From the NCBI GenBank assembly GCA_964106645.2, contig OZ067047.1: 64,000 bases of DNA, one strand, 5' to 3'. The notes below the pieces were generated by a model, which was not told where the DNA came from, did no database searches, and worked only from the letters and a program-made list of their open reading frames with translations. Made by a program: the position numbers and the translations under genes. Numbering within the stretch: position 1 is the first letter of the stretch; the number at the start of each line of letters is the position of its first letter. This DNA comes from Podarcis pityusensis. Its lineage: Eukaryota. Positions 1 through 14,000 of this stretch are shown piece after piece.

Positions 1-514
1 TTATAAACCTCCGTTTATAACCAACTGAACCTATTTATAATTGTTTTACAGATTGGTGTAAGCATTTCCACATGTTCCAGCAGCTGCCCACCATGCTTCC
101 TCCCCAAGATTTGTTTATTTGTGTAAAAAAAGGCTATACTACTCTTCTGTAAAAATTCCCATGGTGGCACACATTAAAATAATAAAAACAGTAAATATAT
201 ATGCCATGCTACAGGAATCAAATGGCACAAGAAGCAATTAAGGTATAGTTGCAAATAAATTCACAACTTACGTTTCATGCTGAGATGCTCTGGTAGGCTT
301 TCTGGGTGATGGCGGTACCAAGTAACACCAAGATGAATTTTTAGGGGGAACGTCTTTCTTAATTCCCCAAATGACCATGATATAGCATCACTCCAGGGTT
401 AAACATGGCACCTCCCCCAGGCCCAGAAGGGTACTCATTACATTGGAGCACCTGGTTTTTTAATTTTTGATTTTTAATTAAAAAGGGGAGCTTAGGGCAT
501 GCAGGTCGGTAATG

Positions 515-1156
515 ACAACAACAACAACTTATTTATTATTTGTACCCCGCCCATCTGGCTGGGTTTCCTCAGCCACTCTGGGCAGCTTCCAACAAAACAC
601 TAAAATACAATAACCTATTAAACATTAAAAGCTCCCTTAAACAGGGCTGCCTTCAGATGTCTTCTAAAAGTTTGGTAGTTGTTTTTCTCTTTGACATCTG
701 GTGGGAGGGCGTTCCACAGGGTGGGTGCCACTACTGAGAAGGCCCTCTGCCTGGTACATTAAAATACATTAAAATGTCATACATTAAAAACTTCTCTAAA
801 CAGGGCTGCCTTCAGATGTCTTCTGAATGTCAGGTAGTGGTTTATCTCTTTGACATCTGGTGGGAGGACATTCCATAGGGTGGGCGCCACTACTGAGAAG
901 GCCCTCTGCCTGGTTCCCTGTAACCTCACTTCTTGTAGTGAGGGAACCGCCAGAAGGCCCTTGGCGCTGGTCCTCAGTGTCTGGGCTGAACGATGGGGGT
1001 GGAGATGCTTCTTCAAGTATACTGGGCCCAAGACCTTTTAGGGCTTTAAAGGTCAGCACCAACACTTTGAATTGTGCTCGAAAACATACTGGGAGCCAAT
1101 GTAGGTCTTGCAGGAGCGGTGTTATGTGGTCTCGGCGGCTGCTCCCAGTCACCAGT
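515..1156 (-). mobile_element. L2-clade LINE 3' fragment(s) with (GTT)n/TAAA tail
   Basis: Minus-strand peptides HITPLLQDLHWLPV..FKVLVLTFKAL and RAFSVVAPTLWNVLP..FRRHLK are typical of the L2 ORF2 C-terminus; frameshifted; 134-bp internal duplication. Confidence 0.85.
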
Positions 1157-2159
1157 GTTAGTGGTAGGCTGTGCAGGGGCCTTGAGGGTATCTGGTGCTG
1201 ATGCCAGACCTGCTAAAGCATATGTGGAAGCTGACCAGGGACTGATTGAGATACTTCAGTAACCTAGTGTCAGTGTTGGTGACGGAGGCAAATGAAACTT
1301 GATCTACTCACCTGTTCCCATTTGTATCAATTTTCTTTGCGCAGCAGGTTGCTATATGGCCTGGTATTTATTGGTGTAGCAGTTAAGGGGTTTACAATTT
1401 TGCAGTAAGTGCAGTAACTTTAGAAAGTCTTTGCAACAGATCAGTTCAATGGAAGAACATTGTAAGGAGGTGGAGAAAGGGAGTTGTTTACAGCTGCTTA
1501 CTTCTTATCAACCAAAAAGCACCATAGATGTTTATACTTTCCAGAAGGGAAGCTGCATTAGTCTGTTTCTGCTGCTGCTGCTTAGATTTTTTAAAAGTGT
1601 GTTCTTGCTTGGATTTTCATTTTAGTACAGGCAGTTCCCTTTCTCAGTGAAATAGTTTCATTGGCATACACATAACTTGAATAAAGAGATTAATACAAAC
1701 TTCTGCACAATTACTTTTTGTGTTCCTTTACTGTCCAGAATTCCCCAAATCAGTATTTTGTTATTAAGTCCCAACGGGCGTTCCCTGACAAGTCCATCTT
1801 AATGTGTTTTTAGAAATTCTCTTCTCATTCGAAATGTGGAGGTGTGTGTTGAAAACTTTTAATAACTAGAAGTTTGTCTCCTTGTAGGTATGTGTAGCAT
1901 AACTAGTTTATTAATAGAGTTCTTTACAGCTCCCTGGTAGGAAAGGGGGAAAGGTAGAGTCTAGAGGCTAAATTGTGCTTAAATGGACAATGCATGGTCC
2001 ATTCTCAGAGATTTTACTGTTCATTCATTTCATTGCAAGTGATCAATACAGCAGGCCTGATTCCCGAGAGGGCATTTGCTCAGGCTGAAAAACAGAGGTG
2101 AACTTCAAATGGTGCTAAAGAGTTGTCAGTTTCTGGTTATGGCTAATGTTTTCAAGTTT

Positions 2160-2372
2160 GCTATTGTTGGCATCCACCTGACTCGAGAGGCAATGGAGTG
2201 CACCTCCAAGGGTGAAGTCAAACTGCTGCGTTAGCAGCACTAAAGTGGGGCACAAGCCCGGGGAGTGTGTGTTGGGGTCCTGGACTGCCCAGACAATGAC
2301 CCCACTTTCGGCCTTGCTGATGTGATCCAAAGGAAAGCAGAGCAGTATGATTGACACCAGCTTGCTTTCAGG
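2160..2372 (-). mobile_element. RTE-related SINE-like fragment (second copy at ~12600-12770)
   Basis: Both sites share the core tggagtgcacctcc..ggtgaagtcaaactgct; family assignment from memory. Confidence 0.45.
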
Positions 2373-3619
2373 TGATCTTTTAATATTTGTTGGTATAAGA
2401 TCAGTAACATCTATATGCTTCAATTCTGTTTCTGTTGTATAATCAACTCTGTTTCTATTGTTATTAAAAGGCACATTACATAGATTGCTTTTACTTATCT
2501 TTTTAAAAAAGGAATGGCACCTCCTCCCTATTTGATTACTTGTGAAGATCAGTTGTAAAGATGATGGGAGCAAGTGCTTGAAACAATGGAACAAAATATA
2601 CCCAGCCTTTATTGGTCTTGTAATGTTCCTATTTATAAAGCACTCACAATCTATTAGGTACAGAAATAAATTAGAGTGCTTCTGCAAATAAATAAAACAA
2701 GACTTGCCTCTTTGACTTTGGATCTGAAACTTGGTGCTTCCCTTTTGCCAACCCCCCCCCCCTCCGGCCCCTGCCGTCGCACATTAACCAAGACCCCAAG
2801 AGCAGCTGAGGTGTTACTGCCCCTTTGTGCTCCACCACTTTGCACGGATCAGCCAAGGTGGTAAGAAATAACATGATGGAATTCATCATTAGCATGCCCC
2901 CCCCCACTTAATGGGGCGAAAGGGGTCTTGCCATGAGTGCATTGCCAAAGAACTGACATTAGGTAGTGGTTCCATGAACGACTTGCAGCCTAGTATACAT
3001 TTGGGAGAGAGGAATTGCCTATTTTCTTGAATCCCTCCTTTCTTTTTGTTCAGGCCTCTACATAATCAGTCATCAGCCGTACAACATGCAGGGAACTCGG
3101 TGTACAGATGAAACATTTCACTTCTGTGTTATACTGCACACAGCATAACAAACCTTTGCCCTTGGGTATGTTTCACACTAACAAGTAGGGAATTGCACTA
3201 CAGCACAATCTGGTTTTGAACTATTTAAAGCACTGAAGTGTTTTGGTTTTTTTGCCTGATTGCTGAATTACTGTTTGCTCTGGTTCTTCTACCAGGAACT
3301 GCTTTCTAAATTATGGGTGGACTCCCTGTTATGGCTGCTGATTCTTTTGCTGTTGTGGCTAGTAACAACCCCTTCAGTCTAATGGTCTGGAAGGTTACTT
3401 GAGTGCAGCAAGTCACATCTCTTACACAGACTCATTCCATGCTTAATTTCTCATTCTTAGTGATAGCCTGTGCTTGGTGATAGGGTGTGTTTTGCATTCC
3501 TGGCATGACTAGGTAAAACAGGGCTTGGGAACCTGTGGCCCTGTTGTTGGACTCCCAACGAGGGCCTCAAGGTTTCCCACCCTTGAGTTAAAAAGATCAG
3601 GCAGCAGATGATGGGGAAG

Positions 3620-3836
3620 ATTAGGAAAACGTTAGGAAGAAATTTTCAATGGCAAGAGCTTTTCGACAGTGGAGCAGTCCACCTCGGAAGGCGGTGTGGA
3701 CTCTTCTTCATTGGTGGTTTTCAGGCAGAGGTTGGATGGTCATCAGTTAAGGATGCTCTGTGATTTCTGCATCACAGGGACCTGGACTAGACAATCCTTT
3801 GGTTCCTTTTCAAATCTACAATACTGATTCTATGAC
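3620..3836 (+). mobile_element. CR1 LINE 3' end
   Basis: aggaagaaattttcaatgg..cagaggttggatggtcat..ggactagacaatcc and terminal ATTCTATG motif; short CR1 tail also at ~24066-24137. Confidence 0.75.
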
Positions 3837-6701
3837 TTCTTGAGAGAAAAAGGAGCTTCTTGTGTTCCATATCGTGTGTGTTTGTGTGTTGCACTTTGGA
3901 AGGGAGGCATGTAGAAAAACATGAAACTTGCCATAAAATGGGGAAGGCCTCATGCTGTCTGGACATACATTCTAGGCACTGGACTGCTTCAGTGGAGATA
4001 TAACAGAGCAGAACTTGTAGCATAAGGGGTCCTCTTGGTTCCTGCTAGTAATATTTATTTATATATTTACTTTATTTATTACATTTCTACAGTTCTCTTC
4101 ATCCAAGGATCACAGAAATGCTTATAGTACAAAAACACAAAAATGCATAACATAGTAACAAACAACACACACATACACACTCCAGTTTAGAAGGGCATAC
4201 TGTCTTTGCCTGGCACCTAAAAATATGTAACAAAGGTGCCAGGCGAGTTTCCTTGAGGAGAGCACTTGACAAGCAGGAAGTTGCCACAAAGAAGGCCCAC
4301 ACTTGTGTTGCTATGCTCTGGACGTCTCATGGAGGTTGCCTTTATGTTTTGCTGCCACTGCCCAAGCAACTCTGCTCAAAAGCAGAATTTCCTGATTTGT
4401 GATCATTTGAACCCACATTATACCAAAACAGACTACTGGCCTATCTGACTTAATTTTTTCTGCTCTAATTAGCAACATCTTGTCATGGTCTCAGGAAGAG
4501 TTTTTTCCCATATACTTGAGATCCTTTAGTTGGAATTGCCAGGATTGAACCTGGAATCTCTTGTATGCAAAACAGTAACTCTCTTACCGTGCTGTGGGTT
4601 TTCCTCGGCTTGAGTAGGGTTGTTTGCAATGTAGACAGCCACAAAAGACCTCTGTATAGAAGGGAGTTCCAAAGAGCGGAAAAGAACGAAAGTCTCCTTT
4701 GTCTTCTGTGTCTTCTTACATGTATTTTTACACACAAACGGTTAGTAGTACATATTTCAGCTTTACAGCATGTTTACATTTTTTAAAGGAATGACAGTGT
4801 TCTAAGTTTGTTTACTGGTACCTGTCTTTCCTTGATACCCAAGAGCTATAGCATATAAGCTTGTTAATAGTCTTGAATTGCTTTTTCACGAACCTGCCGA
4901 CTCAAATCTTTTTAGAGTTCACTGTAGCCGGTTGCTTTTTCTTCTTAGTCTTCCATGGGCATTTGGGCAGGCAGGTTAGTCACTTGAAAAATGTGACATG
5001 AACCAGTCTCTAACAGATGTCACCCTAAGCTTAAAGAACTAGCCGGCACACTGAAGCACAGGCATCTTGAGCCAAATGCGGTGCTGATTAGACAACAGAG
5101 TAATCCCCTACAAAATGATTGCACAGCCAGCGAATAAAATCTTGTGGTTTTACATCCACTTTTCTTCTTAAACTGCTCTTAATCACATCTTTTGAATTTG
5201 TGGCCCTGGAAACGTGTATATCTGCTGTGTTCAATCCCTTACGCTGGCTTTGCCTATGTGGACCAGATATTCTTCAGCTTCTCCAGGCGCTGTCGTGTGG
5301 GAGCACTAGTCCTGGTTCCTTACGCTGAACTTCGCTTACCTCTGATGTAATATGCCTCTTTTAGGATGTGTTTGACTTCCCAATATTTAATCCAGAGGAC
5401 TTAAGACCAGCCCTCAGATTTTCCTATTTGCACTAACTACCAAAGCATGTTGGCGTGGCATGCTGCCAGTTCATGCCGGCCTTTTGCTGCTCCAACTGAC
5501 GTGTTGCTGAGCTGTGGCCCAACCTGGAGACAGGCTAGCGGTGGGTGTTAATGAATTACATTCGCTTTTTCTTTTTTGACTTTCAAGAAGGAACTAAAGA
5601 TAGGGGGGTACATGGTGTAAGCTGGAAGCTGCCTCTCTGTGCTACATACTTTGTTCTAGCTGCCGTGAGGCATTTTGAGAGGTGGAGGGGTTTGTGTTTT
5701 GTCCATGTCAATTCATGGATCATCAGCTCGTCTGCAAGAATGACTGGTACTTTTGGCATAATGCAGCTGTGGAAGCTTATTTACTTTGGCTTTGAAAATG
5801 GTTTGGCGCAGCCTTCCTTATGCGAAACCTGCTTTGCTCAGAACAGAATCCAGTACAGCAGTTTGCTTTCATTTCCCCCTCACCATTTATTTTTTAGCAA
5901 TTCCTAACTCTCGTGGTTATCAAGAAATGTTTAAAATGTGCTGGGAATGTGTATAAAGGGGAGGCTTTGGGATAAGGGTTGTTTGCCCAAGAATTCTGCT
6001 TTGTCTCCCTAGGGTTCCTCAGTTATCCTTGCTCTGTTCTAAACGGACTTCTTATCTCCTTCCATCAACTCATGCAGTTTCTCTCCATTGTCAATTTCAC
6101 ATAAAGGTGCTAAATATTGCAACTTGAACAGAGTACGTTCGTTTTAAGGCAGGGCTGAGGAACCAGATGCCCTCCAGGTATCAGCTCTCAAGGTATTGTT
6201 GGGCTCCCAACTCCCATCAGCCCCAGCCAAAATGTCTAACGTCAGAGGCCATGGAAGTTGTAGTTCAGCTACACCTGCAGGACCACAGTTGCCTACCCCT
6301 AGTTTAAGCCAAATTAACTGGTATTTCCCTTGGTATAGAGCTAGGTTTTGTATTCTGAAAGCACATGGATCTTAAAAGGGCATTTTGAAGCTCCACTGAA
6401 GAGAAGATTCATGGCGTGACAGTGTAAGTCTGACAGGCCCATGGTGCCCTCCCTCCGCCATCTTAGCCCTCCAAAGCTCAAGGCAAGTGTACCCAGCTGC
6501 GCCCCACATCCTCTGCACAGGCCTGAAGAGGGACAAGGGTGATTGGTCATCTGGAAACTGAACTGGGCAGCAACCAGAGGGAAGTTGCAAAGCTCTATCA
6601 TATTTTACATTGGATTCTTACTAGGAAGCAGATGTTGTTTTAAAACTCTTAGTCCACAGCACTCAGATCACTTCCACCAATTCCTTTCACAGCCTCTGGA
6701 G

Positions 6702-6824
6702 CAACCTTCTTCAGCTTTGAGTCCCCAGATGTCGTTAGACTACAACTCCCATCATACCTGACCACTGGGGCCGCTAGCTAGGGTGATGGGAGATGTAGTC
6801 CAACATTTGGGTTGAGAAAGGCTG
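6702..6824. mobile_element. hAT-type MITE (gactacaactcccatca family)
   Basis: Imperfect TIRs; 8-bp TSD ctctggag/ctgtggag; related copies at ~3519-3585, 6150-6301, 10405-10520, 14960-15030, 32418-32530, 43085-43220. Confidence 0.75.
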
Positions 6825-9800
6825 CTGTGGAGTGTGGCAGAACCTTGAGCACATGACTGCTGATGCCTCTGGAAGTGGTGGGTGAGGCATTCCTTGAGAG
6901 GCTACATTGCCTTGGAGGACACCGTCAATCGCATCCACATGCCACCAATGTCACTGCATTTTGATAAAACAGATTTCTTAGGAGGACTTTACTTGATCCA
7001 TGTACTGAACTTGGTATTCTCTTTGTCTTGAGACATTTCCACATACTTGGTGTCTTCAGGCAAATTGCTTTACTAAATGCTAGTTCCAGCCTCAAGTGGG
7101 AGTCAGGTGTCCAACCAGAGAGGGGAGCGTGCTGCCCAGTTGCTATTTTTAAGTGCTTGAACAGTGCACAAACACTGTTCGCTTGAAAGATGGAAGCTCA
7201 CCCCTGAAGGCAGAAGCTCCGGTTCTAATCAGCTGTTAGTGCTGCAGAATCCAGGTCATTGGTCCTGTAGAGAGCTGCTTGCTTGAGACTCTTTGCCCAG
7301 GAAACAGAAATTGCTCAGTCCCTGCCATCCTTCATGGGAAAGCAATTTGTTTAGCTTAGCTGTGCTAACAAAAGTTTTATAATCTCCTTCTGAATGGGGA
7401 ATGTTGGTACAGCATCCACCTAACAGGAGCAGGCTTTGTTTTCTGGAGCTGGTGGTTTCTCCCATCACTAAGGAGATACGGTAAGGTGTGGTTGGTTAGG
7501 GTGTGAAGCTTCTAATGGGACAGTGTGGGAAGTCTAGCTAATTTGTTTCTAATTGCTTTGCTGCATCTTCTGGTTTAAATTATGTGGTATGGCATGTTAG
7601 TTTTCAAAGAGTAATGGAAACTGGGATCGGTTGAAGTTTAGAGAACTGGTCTGGTGTAGCTTGTATTTAGGAATTCAAAACTGGAGTGAAAGGGTGTTAT
7701 TTCTTCACAGAGTATGGAAATGAACAAACAAAATAACCACAGTGCCTTCAGGATCCATTTTCCAAGATCACTTAATGTAGGTTGCAGTATGAATTCTAAT
7801 CCATAAGAAGTTCTTTTTTTTAAAAAAATAAGGAATGAAGAAATGGTAGTTTTCCAGATCAGTGCAGAATGCAAGGGTGTGATCCTTGTTGCATGTGCAG
7901 CTGGGGATGCACATTTTGGCAGATGTGCTGTACTTGTTTTCCATAGATCTTGCCTCTCCGTAATTAGACTAATCAGCTGGCTTCAGGCAAATCGGTATCT
8001 GTTGACCTCAGCCCCCACCAGTTGCAGTATTGGATTAAAACAGACCAGTTGGACAGGGTTGTTGCTTTTGTTGTTAGGATTAAATATATGCTCTGAGCAC
8101 TCTGAAATGTTCTCTGTATGCCATCTTCAGTGAATGTAGCCACCCCATTTCAATCATGCAGTTCTAGATCCCTTGACAACGCAAGAACCAGCCGTGTCCT
8201 GTCCTTAGAACCTTTCTGCCCAAATTAAAAGATGTGCCCTAATTTCTGACCTGTTAGTTATGAGCACAGTTGTCTAGTTCACAGTGTGCTGGATGCAGCT
8301 GGGCTGTCTTCATCCTTCATACTCTGATGTTGCTGTTATGCTGGCAAAATCAACAACTTGCAGATTTGGGTATGTATGTGCTGCCGCCCTCTACTGGATG
8401 GAATCACATTCATTAAAGCATTTGGTGCCTTCCTTTCAACTCTTGACATATACGGTATATAATTTTTTTAAGTAGCATCCAGGAGTTACACTAGAATAAT
8501 GTATCTTTGAGGAGTGGGCATAAAGAAGCGACAGAATAACTTGTTGCAAGAGCAAAAGGTTGTAATACATAGGCAATATAAGAAAATGTCAGAATCAGTC
8601 CAAGGTGACAGCAGAAAAGTTAGGCTTCTTGTGGATGTAGTAGAAAAGTTCTCAGACGAGAACACCAGACCCTTGCTTCCTAATTTTCATCCCCATTAGA
8701 ACATGATTCCTGTCTAGCTTGGGTGTCGTCATGCTATTTCTTTTAAAAAGCTCCATTGTTTGGCTTATGTTGCTCTGCATTTCTGCAGTGGGTAAGCTGT
8801 GTGATAACCAGGTTTATGGGCAAAGATAAGAAAAGTGGCTTTTGGAAGCTGGTTATGTGAGTTTGCAGCATTTGACTGTAATGCTGATTTGCAGTGGAAC
8901 TGAATTCAACAGTTATTTCTGCTTTGGGAATTCAGAGAGGTGGTTCTTGGGGAAGAGCCATAACTCAGTGGTAGAGCTCATTCATGTTTTGCATTCAGAA
9001 GATCCTGGGTTTGGTCCCCATGTCTTATGTCTGGGATTTTTTTATTTTTTGCCAATAATCAGATCTCTCTGAGATTGAAAGGAAATGAAACAGTCTATTT
9101 CCAGGATGAGGATTTGTTGAATGAGCACTTGCCTGCAGTACTGTATATCAGAAAAAACACATTTAAATGGCATGCATTTCACTGTGTTTACATCTGTTGC
9201 TGCTTTGCCCTGTGCCAAAATACAGTGGGGAAATGTACAAAGTTCGAAATACGTAGAACAATATCATCCGTCGTGTTCAGACAGCACCTTTGATCCAGGT
9301 GAGGATGACTTCAGCCTTGTCTGGACCACGTCATATTATAGTTAGTGGTCTCTGCCAAGATGAGAATGTGAGAGAGACAGGGTCGTGCTAGGGAGTAATT
9401 GGAACAGTACTTAGCTTTTACTCTGTCGTGGTTGAGAGCTATGATTTTAAAATACCCATTGTGATTGATACACATACGGACTTCTGACTCCAGTCTAGTT
9501 TATCTATGGCGTCTAAGCCAAAGCTGTGCTGAAGCAGATTATTGGCAAGTCTTATAGGACTAGTCTGCCAGACATACCTCTGAGAATTTTCTTGTTCTCT
9601 GGTGTTGATTCTTCAGGTTTTTTAATTTCTGCTGCCCTACCTGTAAGAGAGCATTTCTCTTATGTATCGATTTCTACAGACACAGCAGGCACTGCAACTC
9701 TCCAGCGGTTTGACTTGACTCTCAAAGGCACACTCTTTCATTGTCTCTTAAGACAGACAAGTGCCAACCACAGGTGGCTACAACAGCCGGGTAAATAACC

Positions 9801-12779
9801 CCCCACATTTACTAGTCTTCCAAAATAATTACTAGCCTGCTGAGGGCTGGCAGAGGAGGAACTAGCAGCTTGTTTGGTTTCTATATTGGCCTCAGGGGAG
9901 GGACTGTGTGTTCCATCCCTCTATCACCAGCCTGCTCACTCGTGTGTGTGATGTTCCGTCTGCCTGCAGCTCTTGGTTCCTGTGGTCACCAGGCTCGTGC
10001 TTAAATACAAGTCTATAAGTTCCTTATAGACACCCCCTGATAAGCTTCTTCCCCATGGGACTCGGGAAGAAGCTCCCCTTCCCCCAAGTTTGCAATTCTA
10101 ATTACATAATTCTGTAATGGCATTATGCTTGAGACATTTCCCTCCCCCCTCCATTAGCAGCAGAGGGTATGTTTGCTCGAGAGGCAGCAAAATGGAAAAT
10201 CGTTTCTTGAATTGTGTTTACCATATGGTGATATATATTATTTTTGCTGAGACAGCAAACCTATCTGGGCTGTACCATTGCAAACTTCAGACGAGGGCTT
10301 GCATTTTGGAATTTTTCTGATAGGCCAGCATGGGTACTTATACTTCTTGTAGAATCTGAATACTTCTCTGTTTGAAAAAATAAAATAAAATCCCTGCATG
10401 TAGATCAAGTGGTGGACAACATGGTGGTCCCAGGCATTGTTGGGCTGCAACTTCCATAGTCTCTGACCATTTGCCATGGTTCCTGGGGTGGACGAGGTTA
10501 TACATTTCCCATATTTGGCATAAGGCACCCAGATGACAGATGAGATTCAATTAAAACATTCGTAGTTTACAGCCTAGTTCTTTGCCTACTCCACTGTTAA
10601 GAGTTTCAGACTCAGGGCCAAACCTGGCATTTGGTATACTGTTGGGTGCTGACTTTTTTTCTGTATTTATTTTTGGTTTCCTAACTGATTCCCATCTGTT
10701 CTTATAAGGCAACGTCCAGCAGCAAGAGATGTCCTAACCCTCAGGCAGCTTTTTCCATTCTTTTTGGATGGATCAGTGCACTCTTTGAGCATGCTGTGGT
10801 TATGACTACTTAATACGTGACTCACTCGAGCCGCCAGTGAAAGTGAGCCCTAAAGCACAAAATACACAGGAGGGTTGGTCAAGTTCACCTGCTGTCCCCA
10901 GTACTTGACACACAGCCCAGGTTTTGATGTTCCTTCTGCATAAATGGAACAAGCATAAGCCGGCCACACCTGTGTTGTCAGCCTGTTTTTAACTGGACAT
11001 AAACTACAGGAACTTCACATATCTTTGCCATCCAAGAGCTCGGAAAAGCTGCCAAATTGGCATCTTGGTTGTATCTGTGGAGGTAATGAGTTGCTGAGGA
11101 AAGACGCTCACTTTTCACTTCATTCCTCAGATTCCCTGCTTTTTTTTCCCCAATGATGCTGGCTGGCCAAGTCACACATGCTGAAAACCACATGGGATAT
11201 TGGCTTAGAATGGAGCGATGAACCTTTCTCTCTTGTCAAGGGCCATATTCCCATAATCTGCAGGAGGGTTGCATGCCAGTGGTCTGTGGGGCTGAAGTAA
11301 AAATGGGGCAGTGAGAGCTAAAAGTAAGTGGGGCACCCCTTCTCTCCCATCTTTCTCCAATTTCTCTGCTTTCCCCCTTTTCCCTTCTTGTTACCAACAT
11401 GGAATTAAGATGTGGGATACAGGCATAGAATAACACAAACCTTTCGGTTTAGGACACTGAATTTAGGCCAGCTCCTGTGTCCTCTTAAAGTAGGAGGTGG
11501 GGGTCCTTTTGAGGAATTCTAAGTCCATAGTGAGCAATTACCAAGTCGTTAACAACCGCTTTATCTGATATTTTTAAAATTTATTTATTTATTTATTTAT
11601 TTAGCTGCAGGTCACATTTTCAGCTAAACAGTTGGGTATGCTCAGACATTGCTTTTCTCCTATGGGTGTTCCCTGTTGGGAGGTGCCCCACTTTCCCCCC
11701 AAGTTCAGATACAGAACACTGGTACCATCAGTTCTCCATGATTCTTAGATTAGATTAAATTGAGACCCAGGATCTTTGCAAAAACAGGGCTCTAGAGAGA
11801 TTTCTCACCTTTAAGATTCTTAAAACATATTGACTCTGAATGCTGGCAAACTTCATGAGCTGAGTGTGTGCATGCAAATAAGCTTTCTCTGCCAGGCTGC
11901 TACATTTTGCCACCCATGACTATGTGTGTGTATGTTTTAAACTGTGTGTTCCTTTTTCTACCCTGGTAATTATAGGTGGTGCATCTACCGTATTTGCTTT
12001 GTGTAATTCACAAAGCTGTCATAGAGATGGCATTGGATGTGGAAAAATATAGCCCTTCTCTTATTGGTAACCCTGGGGCCTTGCCCTGTGCAAGTAGACA
12101 CCAACTGGAAAATTTGTGTAGCTTGGCACCTACTAACACACACCACTGGATGTAAAATGACATTTCAGCAGCTATCCAAGGCAAGATGAATGATGTGGGT
12201 TAGATCTGTAGAAGGTTGATGGTGTGGATGTTTTTGCCTTGCTATGGAGCAAATGGATGGGAGCCATCCTTTTGATCCCTGCCAGCTTCTGTTAAATTAC
12301 CTCACTTGAATACTATGGGCCTGTTAGGCTGCTGCTATGCCCTGGGATAGAAAGAGTCCAGCCCACACTGCTAAGACCTGAGTGTTGATCCTGTGGCCTT
12401 TTAGTGGGGTTTTCACACCTTATGCAGCAGCAATCTAAGCCTGCTATGAAGTCTACACTAAACGGGGAACCACAACCAACCTCAACTCCCTAAGAAGAAT
12501 GCCTGCATGATCTCTGTATTTGTGTTTCACATGTTTGTATTCATGCTTCACATGCTTAGGTGTGTAAGCATGTTAGGTCTGCATCTGTGGACATAATGGG
12601 TGAAGAGACCCTCTATTCTTGAGTTGGAGTTGGGGGGGGAAGCAGCACTCTGCAGTTTTGTTACAGTTGTTGGCATTTGTCTTTCTCAGGAGAGAACGGG
12701 GTGCTCCTCTGGCGGTGAAGTCAAACTGCTAGAGAACCACAGTGCCTTCCACAGCTGCAGAGACCGGGAACTCTTAACT

Positions 12780-13400
12780 GCTGCCTCCCATTTTGTTTTT
12801 GCTGAAGTCCCCAGTGGAAGCCCCAATATCTTTCTCATGAGTTTGTTTGGTTGGGCTCCTAGTTCTGATTTGATACCACTTCCCCATATCTCGGCCCCAT
12901 AAAGCATTTGTGCAATGATCTTTTACACGTAGATCTTGATGGCTGGGTTGATTAACTGCCTCGCCTTCGAGTGGAAGAACCTGTATAGCTGTCCAGTAGA
13001 GCGGGCAGATAATAGCTTGATTGCATCCAGGTGGGCTTTCCATGATACAGTTTTGTAGCTAGCTGTTCGGTGTGCATGCCCTGTGCCTGGGGGTGGGGCA
13101 AGCCGAGGCAGGGTGTGCTGCACGAAGCCTCCAAGAAGTCTGCCCACCACTTCCCCCTTGGCTGTAGGGTGGCTGAGGGGGAGGCAGCGGGCAGATGCAA
13201 GCCCCACACTGCCATTTCCCCACGCTGCAGGCCCCATGGTAAGTGCCGCCCCCCCCCCGCGGTGTGGCGCCCAATGAGCCCCTCCCCAGCTATGCCTCTG
13301 CCATGAAAGCTTTTCATTAATAAGTAATCCTAGGTATTTAAATCCATGTATTTGCTTGAGTGTATGACCATCTAATGTCCACTTGGACTGAGTCAGCATT
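12780..13400 (-). mobile_element. Degraded RTE/RTE-X-like LINE RT C-terminal region, interrupted by a hAT MITE
   Basis: Peptides LKQIHGFKYLG..LSW|KAHL..MLYGAEIWG..RKILGLP. Confidence 0.65.
13048..13300. mobile_element. GC-rich hAT MITE nested in the LINE
   Basis: Termini cagttttgtagct / agctatgcctctg; 8-bp TSD ccatgata/ccatgaaa. Confidence 0.7.
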
Positions 13401-13779
13401 GACTGCCTCAAGACAAAAACATGCAAGGTCCTGCTGGCTGAAAGGCACAGGCAGGGAAACCAATACCTTGGAAACCTGGCAGGCACCTCTGCCTTTCCTT
13501 GTATTTCTCTGGCTTGCTGCCTCCAGAATTCAAGAGCTTTAGGGGTCCAAATATTCCCGGCAGGAGTTAGTGGATGGAAATCACTGAAGCTCCACGCAGA
13601 AGGATGTTTTGAATGCTGTTAATGCGGCTGTGCCTCTGCCCCCTTTTCCCTCTGTCAGGAAGAGGATTGCACCCACCTACTTTTTAATGTTGCACCCCTG
13701 CTGTTAAGAGGCATCCTAAGATTGAGGCAGCGCATGTAAACGATTGCATCACACAAAGACTGAAAGCTCTACAATACAA

Positions 13780-14000
13780 GCAAGGGTTTCTTATGGCACC
13801 TCACAGGCTAGCAGATTTATTTATGGCAGGAGCTTTGTAGACTACATCCCACTTCAACAAATGCCTGAATTGTTATGCTTGGGTGAGCAGATAAATCTGC
13901 AGACCCACAAGTTCATTGTAAATGGTTGTAAACGGTGGGGTCAAAAGGCCGTGCACTCGATTCCTGGAGATGACATGGCTCTTGGATTTTCTTTGTTTTA
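13780..14000 (-). mobile_element. Penelope-like element 3' fragment with decayed hammerhead
   Basis: Reverse strand reads ..ttgttgaagtgggatgtagtctacaaagctcctgccataaataaatctgctagcctgtgaggtgcca.., homologous to the 25.7-kb copy but with the core mutated. Confidence 0.55.

Noticed and set aside
2115-2687. 190-aa minus-strand ORF
   Set aside because: No domain similarity, overlaps a repeat fragment; consistent with a chance ORF.
8950-9020. tRNA-like sequences (also ~4530-4600, 20750-20825 and 35605-35670 on the minus strand)
   Set aside because: Degenerate A/B-box heads of tRNA-derived SINEs; cloverleaf stems are broken.
9800-10960. Possible intronic enhancer (AP-1 TGACTCA at ~10818, E-boxes, TE-poor patch)
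   Set aside because: Short motifs occur by chance; cannot be supported without conservation or chromatin data.
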